Assembly (NCBI GenBank): GCA_951406725.2
Contig: OX597818.1
Span: 144,522,001-144,586,000 of the forward strand
Origin: Octopus vulgaris
Lineage: Eukaryota
Length of the DNA: 64,000 bases
Reading direction: 5' to 3'
The notes below the pieces were generated by a model. The model saw only the letters and a program-made list of their open reading frames with translations. It made no database searches and was not told the DNA's origin. Of the stretch, positions 13,451-27,604 are shown piece after piece; the first letter of the stretch is position 1, and each line of letters opens with the position of its first letter. The translations under genes were made by a program, and so were the position numbers.

Positions 13451-14128
13451 GCATTTATGAGAATTTGTTTCTGGTGTGCCCTGAGTATGAATTGCTCCAG
13501 TACATCTGTCACTCTGTTGAAATGCAAAGATCATATGTTGCTGAAAATAGTCACCGTAGTCTAGCATCAAGATAAAATTTATATGGGAATACAGAATAGC
13601 GACATCTATATTTTCAGAAAGATTTCTATCAACATTGGTAAATTTGATGTTAAAATTTCACTAGTGAGTGAAATAGTTACTTTTTATATACTATTAATTA
13701 TGCTGGAAAAATTGTTATTGCTAGTTTTTACTAATTTATTTAATCAATTTCATTGATTAAAAACACATTAGCTTCTTGTTTTTAATTAGATATATAGTAG
13801 TGTACTCATAACCAGGTCATAAACGTGCGTCAAACTGCTCAATTTGGGGATTTTCTTGCGTAACCACCACCAAATGACACTAACTTATCATCACTAAGTT
13901 GGTTTTTTAAAAACTTTTTGTTGTTTCATTAGATATTACAAACTTTTGACTAATTTTTGTGAGAAAACTGTATTTCTACTAGTGCCACTTAATGTATAGC
14001 TTATGCTAAGCTTTACCTAAATGTTATGGTTTAATTAGATAGCTAATAAAATCTCTACCAAAGACAATTATGTTGATGTGTTATGAAGAATGAGCATTAC
14101 ATTTTATCTTTCTCCCTCTGTTTGCGTG

Positions 14129-14133
<5 letters not shown>

Positions 14134-14202
<69 letters not shown>
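14134..14202. repeat. (TC)n microsatellite
   Basis: Pure TC run. Confidence 0.95.
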
Positions 14203-14208
<6 letters not shown>

Positions 14209-14571
14209 GCTTTCTATCTCTTTTAACTTCTCAGCCCTAGGTAGTCATTGCTAGCATACATTCAGTTTTAGTATTGAAAATATTTCACTGAGATTTACCT
14301 TTGAAATTATAATTTTTTACTACACGCACTTTCTTTGTGTGCTTTTGTGCATTCACTGAGAAAGAATTCATTGATTCCTTTTTCTGAAATTTTTTATTTC
14401 TGTTGATTCAAGTTTTGTAGTCATCTTCAAGTTAGCTTGCCATATTTTTTTCTCTTCAATAGTGCTCTGCTTTCAGAATTTAATATTAAAAATAAAATTC
14501 TGAAAGGGTGATATAGGAATAAATATTCCTGAAATATAACAAGAATATTTCTTTGTGCAAAGTTTAGTTAA

Positions 14572-14793
14572 CATTTTAGCATTTAAACTGGCCATGTCCA
14601 GCCAAAGTAATCTACTTGTTTTATCTTCGAACTGACCAAACCTGGCTTCTCTTGCACCTACTTTGCAATGTCATTCTAAAAATAAACAATCACATCATTG
14701 AAGTCTCAAAGCTATGAGATAATGCACGACTAATTCAAATCAGTGAGAATGTACAAACATTACATTTGACAGAGAATTCTGAATGCTAAAAGG
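14572..14793. mobile_element. piggyBac-like MITE, family 1
   Basis: TTAA on both sides, TIR-like ends (cattttagcatt / aatgctaaaagg); homologous to 17289, 23685 and 53353 copies. Confidence 0.75.
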
Positions 14794-16479
14794 TTAATGC
14801 TTCAATGAAATGGAATCATTCAATTTTTGAGCAATAATAATATATAAAATGACTTAAATGAAATGACACCTAAAAAAGTAAAGCAAGGTAATTATTTCAT
14901 ATTCTTTCTTGAAGTACATAAATGCTATTCATGTAACCAACCACTGAAGTATGAAGTAGGAGTGAACCTGGTTTGTCAGTCAGGTTAACAGAAAGGCTTA
15001 CAATGACTTGTAAGAATTTCTGTATGTGTAGTCAGTTTCCTTTGTATAACCATTGTGCAATTAGTTGCCTATCTGTTGGATTGGAGGGTCAGCATTATAT
15101 TTTCTCACAACAAACTTCTGTTTTATCAGGTCTTTTGAAAGACTTGTTAAATTTAAATTTGTGTCCTTCATATTTAAATATCAAATAGCCTAAAACCACT
15201 ATCATCAACTATCCAATATTATTCCTATAATGAAGACAAAATAGATCAATTTGTGAATCTTTATGATACATGAAAATACCTCTATCAAACTTTGTCATTA
15301 TCCAGGAGCACAAAAATGTTGCCGCTCAGCTATTTCATCTCTATTTTTAGAAATGAATATTAAAATGTTTGATAGGAACAATTTTCAGTTAGTCAAAATG
15401 AATGTTTCTAGCTCTCTGTAAGGAAAATTTGTTTTCTACTATAATGGAACAACTGGACGTTATGAAAACTACTGCTGGTTCTAGTAATGTCACTTTTATT
15501 GCCATACTTTCTTGCAAGCATGGCTATGTCATTTAAGGCATTTGAATCATGATCACTTGATTCCAGGTTCAACCCTATGTGCAGCACCTTGGGCTAGTGT
15601 CTTTACTGTAGCCATGGGTTGACCCAAGCCTTGTAAATAAAATTGACTACACAGAAAAGTGTATGAAAGTTTGTTGTACTCTACCTGTTCTTGATTGGTA
15701 GATCTAATCTGTCACCCAGTTTAATACCACCACTTGGGCTGAATGGGAGATTTTTGTGTATTTAGATTGCCCAGTTACTTTCAAGTGTTGGAAAGGAGGA
15801 GTCAGAATCATATTCTGGGTAGAAAATGTATATATTTTAAAACATTTTCTGCTCCTGTTTTTTACGTGTGGTTTTTAAAAGGCGATTTATAAGAAATATC
15901 TAATAAGAGTGTTTGCTTGATGTTATAGTGTGATTATTATTATTATTTAAGGTTGTTGTGATATGGGGTGTGATATGTTATATTGTTGATGATGCTAATT
16001 ATTCTATATATTTTATTGTTTGTATTGTGTTTTATATTGGACAAATGGTTGCCAACTTTTCTCATTTCTGTGGTATATTTATTGCTATTTCCTCTTTTAG
16101 CTTTTGATTTCAGTTGTATGTAGCTTTTTGTGTATTGTGTTTGAGGTTGTCTCTAGTTTTTATGAGGTTGGCTATTCCTGGTATGTTACCTTGTCAGATA
16201 TGTTTCTTTAGATGCAGCTATAATTACGTTAATAATATAATAATTATATTTTTAGATGCATCTATAATTATTATTAATTATCTGTGTTGATGAAACTTAA
16301 TTCTGTTTGCTAGTGGGATGAGTTCCATTGTATTTTTTCATATTTATTTATTTTGACAGATTTCAAAAGTGTTTTTGTTTTGTTCCTTGATATAGTGTTG
16401 ATAATTGCTAGATGTTGTGAGGTAAGTTTAAGAATTGTTTGCCAGGTGGTTGTGATGGCTGGGTATGTTGATCGAAAGG

Positions 16480-17020
16480 TGATGTCTGGGGAAAAGTTGC
16501 TGTAACTTGCTTGGTACTGAATGTGGGTGCGACAGTGTGGATTGTTTAGGGCCTAAAGGGGGTTTGATTGTGTAGGAGGTTAATTGAAGTGTCTCCTAAT
16601 GATGATATTAGTATAGTTAGTTATGATGTGTGTGTGTGTGTGTGTGTTTATTGGCCTTAATCTTACAAGTTTTATCTTGAAAGCTTGCCTTTCTAGTATA
16701 GGGTTGTTTCCTATCAACTTAGAAATGCCATTTGTGATTCGACCACACCCTGCTGTAAAAAGTTCTGTCTTTCTACATTTGGTTATAATTAGAAATGGTA
16801 ACTGTTCTGATTGTAAGAATATTTCCCTAATTTTTATTATGTGAATGTTGTGATAATAATTTTTTTAGTTTCATAAATGTATCAAGGCTACTAGTTTTTT
16901 ATGCCAGAGTTCAGACAATGTTTTGTGCCCTTGTTTACAAAGTGTATTTTTGTGTGAAGTATTTCTTTCTAAATCTGTTTCATGTAAACCTGCAATGCTT
17001 GGAAAGGATAAAACAATGGT
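16480..17020 (-). mobile_element. Possible highly decayed LINE endonuclease region
   Basis: Scattered minus-strand fragments IAGLHET, RKDRT and a frameshifted GD/FN in the order expected for APE endonucleases. Confidence 0.3.
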
Positions 17021-17288
17021 CCTCCTTGTTCTTATCATTGTTGTTACTATCACTGTTAGCCTTTCACTGGATCATTTGTTGTAAATGTTAGACTGTTCTT
17101 TTCAAAGGCGTGGATTGTGTTTTGAGAGAGAAGTTCCTTTGTGAGCTCATTATTTATGGGAATATTGTGAAGACTTTGAAAGACACCTTTATAGGGTGTT
17201 TAGAGCTTCATGCAAATTCATAGCCACTTTCATTTTATGATAGCATCTGTATATGTGAGAAATATTTCTTCTGTCAAATACTGTTTAA

Positions 17289-17507
17289 CCCTTTAGTATT
17301 TAAACCGGCCATATCTGGCCAAAATATTTAATCTGTTTTATGTTCAAACTGACCAGATCCAGGCTCTCACACCTACCCTACAATGTCATTCTACATTAAG
17401 TAATTACACCATCAAGATCTTGAAGATATGAGATAATGCATGATTAAATCAAATCAATGTGAATCAATAGGCATTATGTTTGATAGAATAATCAGAACAC
17501 TAAAGGG
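17289..17507. mobile_element. piggyBac-like MITE, family 1
   Basis: TTAA|CCCTTTAGT ... ACTAAAGGG|TTAA. Confidence 0.85.
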
Positions 17508-20216
17508 TTAACTAGCCTTTTAGCTATGTTACCACTGTTAGACTTCTCTGGTACATTATATTCAATATGGATTTATCCCATAGATTTACTAATCTTTTAA
17601 GATAGTAGCTAAGTATTTTAAGATTTGATTGCAGTTTCTTGCAGATCAAATAAATGCATAGAGGCTTTTTCGTAGTGATGGCTATTTAGTATATACATGA
17701 TATACATTGAGATGGCACTGCTGGACAAATGTGTTGTAGTGACTAGGGAAAGTTCTAGAGGCAGAAGAAAATATAGAAAGAAGTGCTGAGATTAGATCTG
17801 TTGATGTTGTTCGTAAAATGGAATGAGAAGGATCGAGAAGAATAGTGATAGGCCCCACTTATCTTTTGCTAGTACAGAAAAATGGTTGCTAAAATGATAA
17901 TGTCTTTTACACATACACCTGTCTAATGGAGAAACAAAAAATGTTTCTATCATTTGAGAACTGCAGATATTTGCTTAGGTATCCTTTGATGTTATGGTAT
18001 GGATTCAATGATGCAAGTTACCTATACACTGTTCACATGCGTGGCTGAATGGTTAAGAAGTTCACTTCACAGTGACAAAGTCCAAGGTTTGGTTTCACTG
18101 TGAGACATCTCAAGTGTCTTTTACAATAGAGTCTGGTCAACTCAAACTTTATGAGTTTAATTATGGAAAAGATGGAAATTACATGGAAGCTCATTGGATG
18201 GATTGTATTTGTATTTTAAAGGTCTATTTTTATCTCTCATTGTATCATGCTAATTTTGTATTAAAATTACTTTAAGAATACACGCATCTGTGGAATACTC
18301 AACCGTCTACATGTTGATTCAATGAATAGGTAGTTCAGTTGACTGAACAACTGTTTATTCATGGTTGAAATCAGTTTCAATGAGATCCATTTCTCATGCA
18401 AGCACAGAAATCTTTGTGTAGTACATAAAAATTTTCTGTTTTGGACTAGAATTTTATATTCAGAAGTTAGTTGCACTTTTGAAAGAATATGGTAGTTTGT
18501 AATGTTTGGATGTTAAGTCATTGGTACTTAGCCCTTGAAGTAGGTACTCATTGTAATGACTATGTACTATTAGTTACTGTATATATTTACAGAACTAATG
18601 ATTTTATTTAATAGTTGTAAAAGTAGAGTCAACTTCAGGCCAAAAGATTATAATCAGGCAATCAAATAGAGATGGTTGGTGTGTGTGCATACAGCTTTGC
18701 AGTATCAGTTTTATACTTTCTTGGGGTAGTCTTTTGCATCCGCTTTTGTGTGTGTGTGTGATAAATAGAATTTAAATGTAAAGGATATGACATAATTACT
18801 TATCTCACAGTAAAAAGAACAGGTCTTCCAATAAAAGTTGAACCTTCTTCTACTATTACAAGCAATCACATTGCAGAATAGACCAGTTTTTTCTGTAACA
18901 GTGGTAACATAGCTAAAAGGCTAGTTAAACATGTGTGTGTGTTTGTGTGAGTGAAAGCATCTTTATCTTCAGAGTGCTACAGGTAACATTTAATTCTGTT
19001 CATATCCTCAAGGCTTGTCTGATGACCCAGCAGTATGAACACAAGACCTGTCAAAAGGACAGATGAAGTCAGAAAAATGCTTAGGATGTTGAATGAGTGG
19101 GTTGTAAGACTACTTTGAGATATTACAGAGAGTGACCATACCTGTTCACCAATTAAAAGTCTATGTGGAGATTCTTAGATGGTGAGCTTGTCTCTTTGGT
19201 AGAACAGATTTGTAAACAGTGAGCAGATATTGTTGTCATTTGTGAAGTAAATCTTTCTGTAGCTCATCCCCTTGCAACTGCAGTTCTGTGTCAAATGAAG
19301 CCCAGGGATAGGGTGCATGGTTGTTATATCCTTATGGATAAATAAATACACTGCAACAGTGTAATACCAGTATGATCAGAACAAACAGCAGTGACCCTAT
19401 GGAACGTAACAACATTCTTTTAACAACCAACAACCCAACATGCTAACTCAAACTGTAAACTTTGAACTATCAACACACGAACTGTGGAACTAGCTTGAAC
19501 TACCCCACTTAGTCAAACTGCTACTATTTATATGAAGTGATCCAGTTCATTCTTACTAGGGGGGGGGGCATTGTATATATATGTATTATTATTTGTACTC
19601 TTTTCACTCTTGTACTCACAACCTGCTTATTTCAGTTTCAAGATCTTTGTGTTTTGGCAGTCTCTCAACCTCCTTTACAACACTGAAAGGGTTAAGATTA
19701 TCAAAGTTATTATTGCCTTCTAAAATGAAATTTGGCTTTTTCATTCAACCACAGTAGTGATTGAATATATTCTTAAGTCCACCATTTTGTCAATCCCAGC
19801 AACTTCCAAGCTTCCCCACTAATTCAGTTCTCAACTAAATTGCAAACTGTTAATAGTTTTAAAGAGGACACCTCCTCAGCTACTCTTTCGCATAAATACT
19901 TTGAGATTTGGTTCAGTAGAGAAAAAGTTACATCAAAATATCTCCGACTTCAAGTGGGGGGCAGTAAGGCAGATATTTGTCTTCAATTAACATAAATCTT
20001 TTAATTTTAGATTAAAAGTATCCTTCTCTTAGGCTTAAATGATAGAAAAATGCACGAGGAATTCAGAATTGTTAGTCGTATTGAACAAAAATTAGTAGAA
20101 AAACAGTTATGAGGTAAAATGTTACAAAATTTAATGTCAGTAAGTGAGGAAGTAAGGGAGTAATGCTTAAGCAATAAGAATAAAGAATATATTTCTAAAA
20201 TGAATGTTTACATTGT

Positions 20217-20570
20217 AAGGTGGTGAGCTGGCAGAAATGTCAACGCGCCGGATGAAATGCTTATGGGTATTTCGTCTGCCATTACGTTCTGAGTTCAAAT
20301 TCTGCCGAGGTTGACTTTGCCTTTCATCCTTTTGGGGTCGATAAATTAAGTACCAGTTACGCACTGGGGTCGATGTAATCGACTTAATCCGTTTGTCTGT
20401 CCTTGTTTGTCCCTTCTGTGTTTAGTCCCTTCTGTGTTTAGTCCCTTCTGTGTTTAGTCCCTTCTGTGTTTAGTCCCTTCTGTGTTTAGTCCCTTGTGGG
20501 TAGTAAAGAAATAGGTATTTTGTCTGCTGTTATGTTCTGAGTTCAAATTCTGCCAAGGTTGACTTTGATG
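20217..20570 (+). mobile_element. tRNA-derived SINE (second family) with an internal 16-bp x5 tandem
   Basis: ggtgagctggcagaa...gagttcaaattc (A/B-box like), gactttgcctttcatcc...aagtaccag core; (tcccttctgtgtttag)x5 at 20410-20489. Confidence 0.8.
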
Positions 20571-20949
20571 TACAGATTATTTGATTAATTTTTTTTAACT
20601 TTCAAACTTAGCTGAACAGTTTTGTACAATAAATTTAAAAGATGGGAACTGTAAAGAGTGATAAATTAGAAGAACTGGCATTCTTTGCCGCAATATTTTA
20701 AGTAAAAAGTTTCTTATTCTTTACTTTACTAGAAGCAATAGCTTGTCCTATACTTTTACAGGTGTAATAACTTGTCCTGTACTTTTCCAGGTTTATAATC
20801 TTAGGAATATTACTTTTCATGCTCGCATTTTTCCATGTAATCCAACAGCTCCTTTGCACATAAAATGTGCACAAGTTTAAGGTTAGAACAAAAAAAAGAA
20901 TTCTTGTTTCCCATTTTATCATTTATTTATTTATTTATCTTCATTTCAG

Positions 20950-21076
20950 GCCCTGCTTGCAGCTCAGAACCGGTTGCGGAGTCATATCAAGGGTTTCTAT
21001 TTTAATTTGGGATTTTCTGGAAAATATTATCAAAAAGGTACACCAGAAGAGAACTTGGGTGATCGTCTCTTAGTAG
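20950..21076 (+). CDS. NDST: NDST coding exon 2 (ALLAAQNRLRSHIKGFYFNLGFSGKYYQKGTPEENLGDRLLV)
   Basis: Acceptor ...tcatttcAG at 20949 in phase 0 continues exon 1; FNLGFSGK motif; donor G|GTTGGT at 21077 in phase 1. Confidence 0.93.
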
Positions 21077-22164
21077 GTTGGTTTTATCTTTCTTTTATAT
21101 CATTTCTAACTCAAACCCACCAATTCTTAATTATATTATATATTACTAATGATTATAAATTAATCTTATATTGATTTTTTTCTTTTTTTTTTAAATTCAT
21201 GACTTTTGTATGAATATTTAGTTTCTTAAAATTGTCTTTAACAGAATTTCTTGAAAAAGTTGTTGCTACTATTAGATGTTTATACCAAACTTAGATATAT
21301 TCTGATATCTTTTTTCTTAGGATATTAAACATTTTATAGCAAATAGTATTTTCTTTTTTATTTTATAGCAAATACTGTGTACAAACTTTTAATTAGCAGT
21401 AACAATTATATAAAATTAGTAAATTATGTAAAATAATGGTGAGTGGGGATTTTAAATCTTTTTTATTTTTTATTTTTTGAATGATTTAAATAGCACTATC
21501 AAGAGTAAGGTTAATCTTAATAATATTTTCCCTATAAATGCAGTTCTACAATAAGAAGTGGACTTAAGTATCAAATGAGATCGTCAACACTGACAAATAG
21601 AAGAAAAAAAAAAAATTATGTCTTTAACTTCTACAGCAATCTTCAATGCTACAGAAGGATTGCATTTCTAAATGGTTTGCCATAATAGGATAATTCAGAA
21701 TACAAAGCCTATCTTTCTGTTGGTTCCCATGTTAGACATTGCAATATGTTTTGGCACAATATTTTCTGGATTATTCTCCCTACCATCCAAAACAATGCAA
21801 CCACTTTTATAACCATAACTAGAAGTTCTGTAATGTTGAAGATCCCTGTATGTGTAATAAAAGTGAGTTTGAGCCACTGTTTACAGACGTTATCAGTGTA
21901 TATAAGCTCTAACACTATATTCTACCTCTAGTAACTGTCCTCTTCTGGTGGCTAAGTCTACCTTGTTATGTTTGTAAACAAAGAAAGCAGGCACTGCTCA
22001 CAGTTGTAGGTAGTTAATGGATGTTGTAGCTTGCAATTCTGAATAGTAATCCTTGAATGCACCTCTTCTAGTGTAGAGGTATATACATGTAGCATTGTTA
22101 CTCAAGAAACGAATCTCTCCCTCCTCCAAGAGCTGTTATATTCAGCAAAGAAAACTTGGTAATA

Positions 22165-22374
22165 TATGGGGGGGGGTGCTGTAAAGTTCCTGGCCTTGGG
22201 TAAAGGAAAATACCGGAGGATCAGTTAATTATGATTTTATTTAAGATATTCCCATCTCAGATGCAGTGGTCTTTCAGTTTTTGTAAGCCCTGTAAAAGAA
22301 CTTGGAAGTTTAGGCCACCAACCAGGCCTTTCATGATACCCTTAAAGCAAGGAACTTTTCAGCACCCCTTTGTA
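22165..22374. mobile_element. Tc1/mariner-type MITE
   Basis: TA-flanked TIRs ggggtgctgtaaagttcct / aggaacttttcagcacccc. Confidence 0.75.
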
Positions 22375-23684
22375 TTACACTCCCTTAGTATTACACATTT
22401 CTTTCAATAACACATAATCTTAAAAGAATTCTTTTTAAAATATAGTCATATTTTTTAAAAATATAGTTACGATATTAGTGAGAAACCAAAGAAAGTTCTT
22501 GTCATGTTGATGGTTTTCCATTTTAATCACTTCCTAGTTCCAACTGAAAATCCCTTTCTTGAGATGTATTGATAATTTTAGCTTGGCTTTTAGTAGCAAG
22601 TGAAGTTGTGTGCTTTAATCCATGACCACAACACAAATGTTGCAAGGTGTGAAATCTTAATCCCATGTATCCTTAATTTATTATTAGTGAACTAAAAAAA
22701 AAACAAAAAACCCTTTTCGCGACATATTGCTTCTGATTAGATAATGTAAGTTACTTTTTGTCTTCATACTTTTAAAAAAATAATCACTATAATCAAAAAA
22801 ACAAGTAAAACAGAGATTGGCAAGAGTCAAGCCTGGAAAGTTAAGATGTATTAATTGAGTGGATGAGGTATAGAAATTTCAAATATTCAAATTTAATATA
22901 TGATTTTTTATTGTATTTTCAAGCAGAACACTTTATTCTACAATGCTTCACTTGGGAATAGGTACTTGATTATCTGTGAATATTACCTGTAATAGACCAG
23001 AATTACCTTCCTATCTAAACGGAGGCTTACCTCTCATCCTGTGTAGTGCTGCAAAAATGGAATTAAGCAATGACATCATTGGGATTTAAAAAAGGCATTT
23101 ACACTCGCAAATAAGTAAAATGCACACAGGAATGTGTTAAGGTGACATAAGGAAAAAAATTTTATCTGGTTGGTAAATTCCCAACATTGACTAAGATATT
23201 TAACTTAAGATATAATACAATATTCTTTCTCTTCATCAATATTGAAAGATATAGTTGTTTAACCTTTCCCCCCCTGTTATATAGTCTCTCAGCCCACCCA
23301 TTTCATTATAAGTTTTCATTTAGCTCTATGTTCTTCTATTACTAATTCTTCTTAGGTTGACAGAAATAGAAATAGATCTAGTCAGGTTTAGAAGTGGTGT
23401 TTCTTCTATATTTGATCAAACCGTTTTCTGCTATAAATCTACTTAACTAATCTATTTATTTGAAACGAAAAACAACAAAGTGGCTTTGCATGCAATGTTA
23501 GATATTTCCTCTTCTTTCTGTCATATCAAAATACCTAATTGTTTAAATTTTACTTTAGTGACTCTTGCTGATGGATATATTTGTTATAGTTTAGAGCTTC
23601 AATCAAAAATATTCCAGCCTTGACCACCTTGTCTTTTTTGTTATACTTCATAGACCCTTGCTGATGCTTATGCTTAAATAAAGG

Positions 23685-23907
23685 TTAATTCTTTAGCATT
23701 CAGATTTCTCTCTCAAATGTAAAGCTTATTTATTCGTATTGTTTTTTTATTAATCATGCATTATCTTCTAGCTTCAAGTTTTTAGTGAGGTGATTGTTTA
23801 TATCTAAAGTGTCATTGTAGGGTATTTGTAAGAGGCCAGATCAGACCAATTTGAACATAAAGCAAATAGAATATTTTGGCCAGCTATGGCTGGTTTAAAT
23901 GCTAAAG
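23685..23907. mobile_element. piggyBac-like MITE, family 1 (reverse copy, end disrupted)
   Basis: Reverse complement of 17289-17507; its terminal gctaaag is the target site of the adjacent hAT MITE. Confidence 0.7.
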
Positions 23908-23988
23908 CAGTAGTTCCCAACAGTCATTCCCAACCCTTTTATTTAAATGAGTTTTCCCATGGACCCCGTTTAATATGTTTATCCTTGC

Positions 23989-24021
<33 letters not shown>

Positions 24022-24118
24022 CACACACATATATGAAACTTTGAATTTAGTTCAAAGACCCCCAATACTACCTTTGTGGGCCACCAGGGGTCTGCAAAAC
24101 CCAGGTTGGGAACCACTG
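23908..24118. mobile_element. hAT-type MITE
   Basis: TIRs CAGTAGTTCCCAAC / GTTGGGAACCACTG; 8-bp TSD TGCTAAAG / TGCTAAAT. Confidence 0.8.
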
Positions 24119-24171
24119 TGCTAAATATAGGAAAAACAAAACAACTTAAGATGTTAATATACACACACACA

Positions 24172-24212
<41 letters not shown>

Positions 24213-26900
24213 CTTTAAGTACACAGACACACTGATAAACAATTTAGTATACATAATGTTAGGTTGCAACATGAAAATTAATTGAAAACCTGTACCCTAT
24301 TAAACCTCTTGTTGTTGGTGTGTTTAGCTTTAGGTCTGCCTCAAATTAAGCAAACCCACAATCAGTACATTGTTTCAACCAAGATTCACCATTCTTTTTC
24401 TTTTAATTCAAACCTAGTGTTTCTGTGACAATATTCCTCTTTTAATCCACTTGTGCTTTTATGGCAGTTATTTCAGATTAATCTCTTGATATCCAAAATG
24501 TATAAAGTACTGCCAGCTGCCCTCTCCTATGCTTAAAGAACATTTGCCTTTTATTTTCTTTCTTTTTTATTGGTCACCAAGTCTCTCATGATAGTGTCTC
24601 ACCACCATATCTTTCCTCCCTTATTAGCTGTCCTATTTAGTGTCCCCGTAGACATTAAAAGAAGGGGTATTGGTGGTGATTAAGATAAAGAAAATGGTCT
24701 TTTTGAGATTTTATGTATTTAAGATAGTGTTATTGAAACACTTGGATATTAAAGTGATTGCACTTAACTGAAAAACTGTTAAATGATGCAAGAACATCAA
24801 TTGATTGCTCTTTATCTAAGATAAACATAATAGTGAATCTAAATTTGATAGCATATTATATAATTTCAAAAGTAAGCAGTTATTCATCTAATACCTTTGT
24901 TCACATGTATTTAATCATATAAGCTAGTATCTTATTAGAGTAATACTTTTTAATATGTATGCAATGAAATTATCTTTGAGATTACGATAGATTTTAATTC
25001 TGTGTAAGACCTTTGTAGAAATGGTTCAGAATGTTTGTTTGGCAGACTTTCTGTATCAGAAATGTAAGTCAATTTAAGAAATGGTATATCTGAAACACAA
25101 GTGTATAATGATTTTTTGACATTGGACCGTAAATTTGTAGAGGCTCAGTAGTTGATTGATCAACACTGATGTATGATTGGCAGGATTAAAGGCTTATCAA
25201 CCCAGGCAAGATTTGAACTTAATAAAGTAGAAGGTTAGAATTAAATTGTTTGTTAGACATTGTCAAATTCTTCTGTGACTGCCACTTCACATCATCTTAT
25301 TCAATATAACAAATGGCTAAATATCAATAATATATTTCTTTACTACCCACAAGGGGCTAAACATAGAGGGGACAGACAAAGGGATTAAGTCAATTGCATC
25401 GACCCCAGTGCGAAACTGGTACTTTACAAGTTAATACATTGTGTGGAATTTGATTGACAAGAACTGTGCAGAATCTGTTCATGTATCTTTGTGTGTTTGC
25501 CTATTTTGTGTACCATTTTGTCACATTGACTTACTGGTTTGAGAAACAGAGATCAATAAAAATAAGAACCAACCTGAAATGACAAATGAATTAGCAGAAT
25601 TATTATTGTATCAGTGAATATACCTCATGGTATTTGTTCTTGTTGAAATCCCAATGGAGCCAACTTCAACGTATTCACTTAGATTTGATTAAATAAAATA
25701 CCAGACAAGTACTGTGATCGATGTTATCAACTAATCCATCCCCTAAATTTCAAACAATTATTATTATTTCAGTAGGAAGTAGATTGTTCTGTCTTCAACT
25801 TGTGCTGTAAAAGACCTCAGTAATATAGTGGTCAGAGAGCCTGTTTTTAGCCCCATTTGAAAGTATAGTAGATTGGTTTAGTCTCTAAATCTTCAACAAT
25901 CCATGTAAAAACACTCTTGTTAGAAGAGCCTGTATTTACAGAGTGGCAATAAAATGTCTACTATTAAAGAGCTTTGATTCAGTGCTATATTTATTATGAT
26001 TACACATTGAAGAGAAGACAGATGGTAACTTAACGGAAGGGATAAATTAGCAGTAAATGTGGAAGTGGCAATGGCGGTTAGTTGTTTGGATAGGAATTTA
26101 AAAATATAAGAAATTGTGTTAATATGATTTTAAGTCTGAACCACATTTGTTTGAAGTTAACTCTATTTCTGTTTTAATCATGTTGATGGGTTTAGCCTTG
26201 GTTTTTACAATATAACGAGTTAGAAATTATTAATTTACAACTTGTAGGAATAAAACAGAGCTACCAAAAAAAAAAAAGGGAAGGAAGAAAAAATTCACAT
26301 TCTTTGTGCTTGCGCTCAGGGCATTATTTTATGAAGTAAATAGATAAGACACAAACATATATAAAAATAAGAATTCTATGTGTATTTATTGTAAAATTCC
26401 ATTCTTTTATTTTTCCCTTCTCCCTTTTGTTCTGCTTGTTTTCTCTCTTGCCTGTGGGATTTTATTATGAACTCTCCAGAGAAATAAATTAATATCCATG
26501 GGTGGGGAAATGAATTATTTTGGAATTGTGAATAGATATCATTTGAGTTATGAGTTACATCTAACAGTGGGAGAGAGAAAGAGAGTGCAGTAGTAGCTGG
26601 CTATTCATAGTGCTCATCTGTTAGTCATGACTGCTGTAGGTTATGAGTTCAAACTCTACTTTTAGCATTGAAATGTTCTTATAGATAAAGTATCAGTAAC
26701 GTTATGCTACTTGTCATCACTTGATGCTTTTGTTCTCTTTCTGTGTCTCTCTCTGATCCTATCATTGTCCTTTGTTGTCATTTTTGGCAGGTTACTTTTG
26801 GGCTGTACATCACACATATACTTTAAAGAAAATAAAAACATAAATTTCAGAATTATTCCTCTTAGGAAGGATATTCAGTTATAGAAACTAAAAATGAAGT

Positions 26901-27604
26901 TCCGTTCTCCATGCTAGCATGGGTTGGACGGTTCGACCGGGGTTCTGGGAAGCCAGAAGGCTGCACCAGGCTCCAGTCTAAATTTGGCAATGTTTCTACA
27001 GCTGGATGCCCTTCCTAACGCCAACCACTCCGTGAGTGTAGTGGGTGCTTTTTACGTGCCACCTGCACAGGTGCCAGGCGGGGCTGGCAACGGCCACGGT
27101 CAGATTGGTGTATTTTATATGCCACCGGCACGGAAGCCAGTCGAGGCAGTGCTGGCATCGGCCACGAGTCGGATAGTGCTTTTTACGTACCACCAGACCA
27201 GGGATCCTGGCTGGTTCAATTCGATTTCGATTTCGCTTGCCCCAACATGTCTTCACAAGCAAAGGGGGTTGGCAAGGGTGCCTGTCGTACGGTCGCATTG
27301 GAGTATTTTACGTGCCACGGCCACGAGTCGGATAGTGCTTTTTACGTACCATCAGACCAGGGATCCTGGCTGGTTCAATTCGATTTCGATTTCGATTTCG
27401 CTTGCCCCAACATGTCTTCACAAGCAAAGGGGTTGGCAAGGGTGCCTGTCGTACGGTCGCATTGGAGTATTTTACGTGCCACGGCCACGAGTCGGATAGT
27501 GCTTTTTACGTACCATCAGACCAGGGATCCTGGCTGGTTCAATTCGATTTCGATTTCGATTTCGCTTGCCCCAACATGTCTTCACAAGCAAAGGGGGTTG
27601 GCAC
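26901..27604 (-). mobile_element. Young retroposon insertion with 18-bp TSD and about 3 internal 160-bp tandem units
   Basis: AGAAACTAAAAATGAAGT at 26883-26900 and 27605-27622; units start at 27160, 27319 and 27483; CpG rich. Confidence 0.85.

Noticed and set aside
13441-13458. HHSGIY, resembling the NDST APHHSGVYP motif of the next exon
   Set aside because: Flanking residues do not match, it lies upstream of exon 2 at the edge of a minus-strand LINE remnant, and I saw no fitting splice sites; chance match.
21031-21043. Internal AAAG|GTACAC donor in exon 2 (same phase, would delete 13 codons)
   Set aside because: Weak donor, and it would remove conserved residues (GT..E..GD.LL); no support.
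27160-27604. Hammerhead retrozyme and the ORFs at 26924-27680
   Set aside because: Minus strand has CTGATGG rather than CTGATGA, with no properly placed GAAA and stems; the ORFs simply follow the GC-rich repeat.
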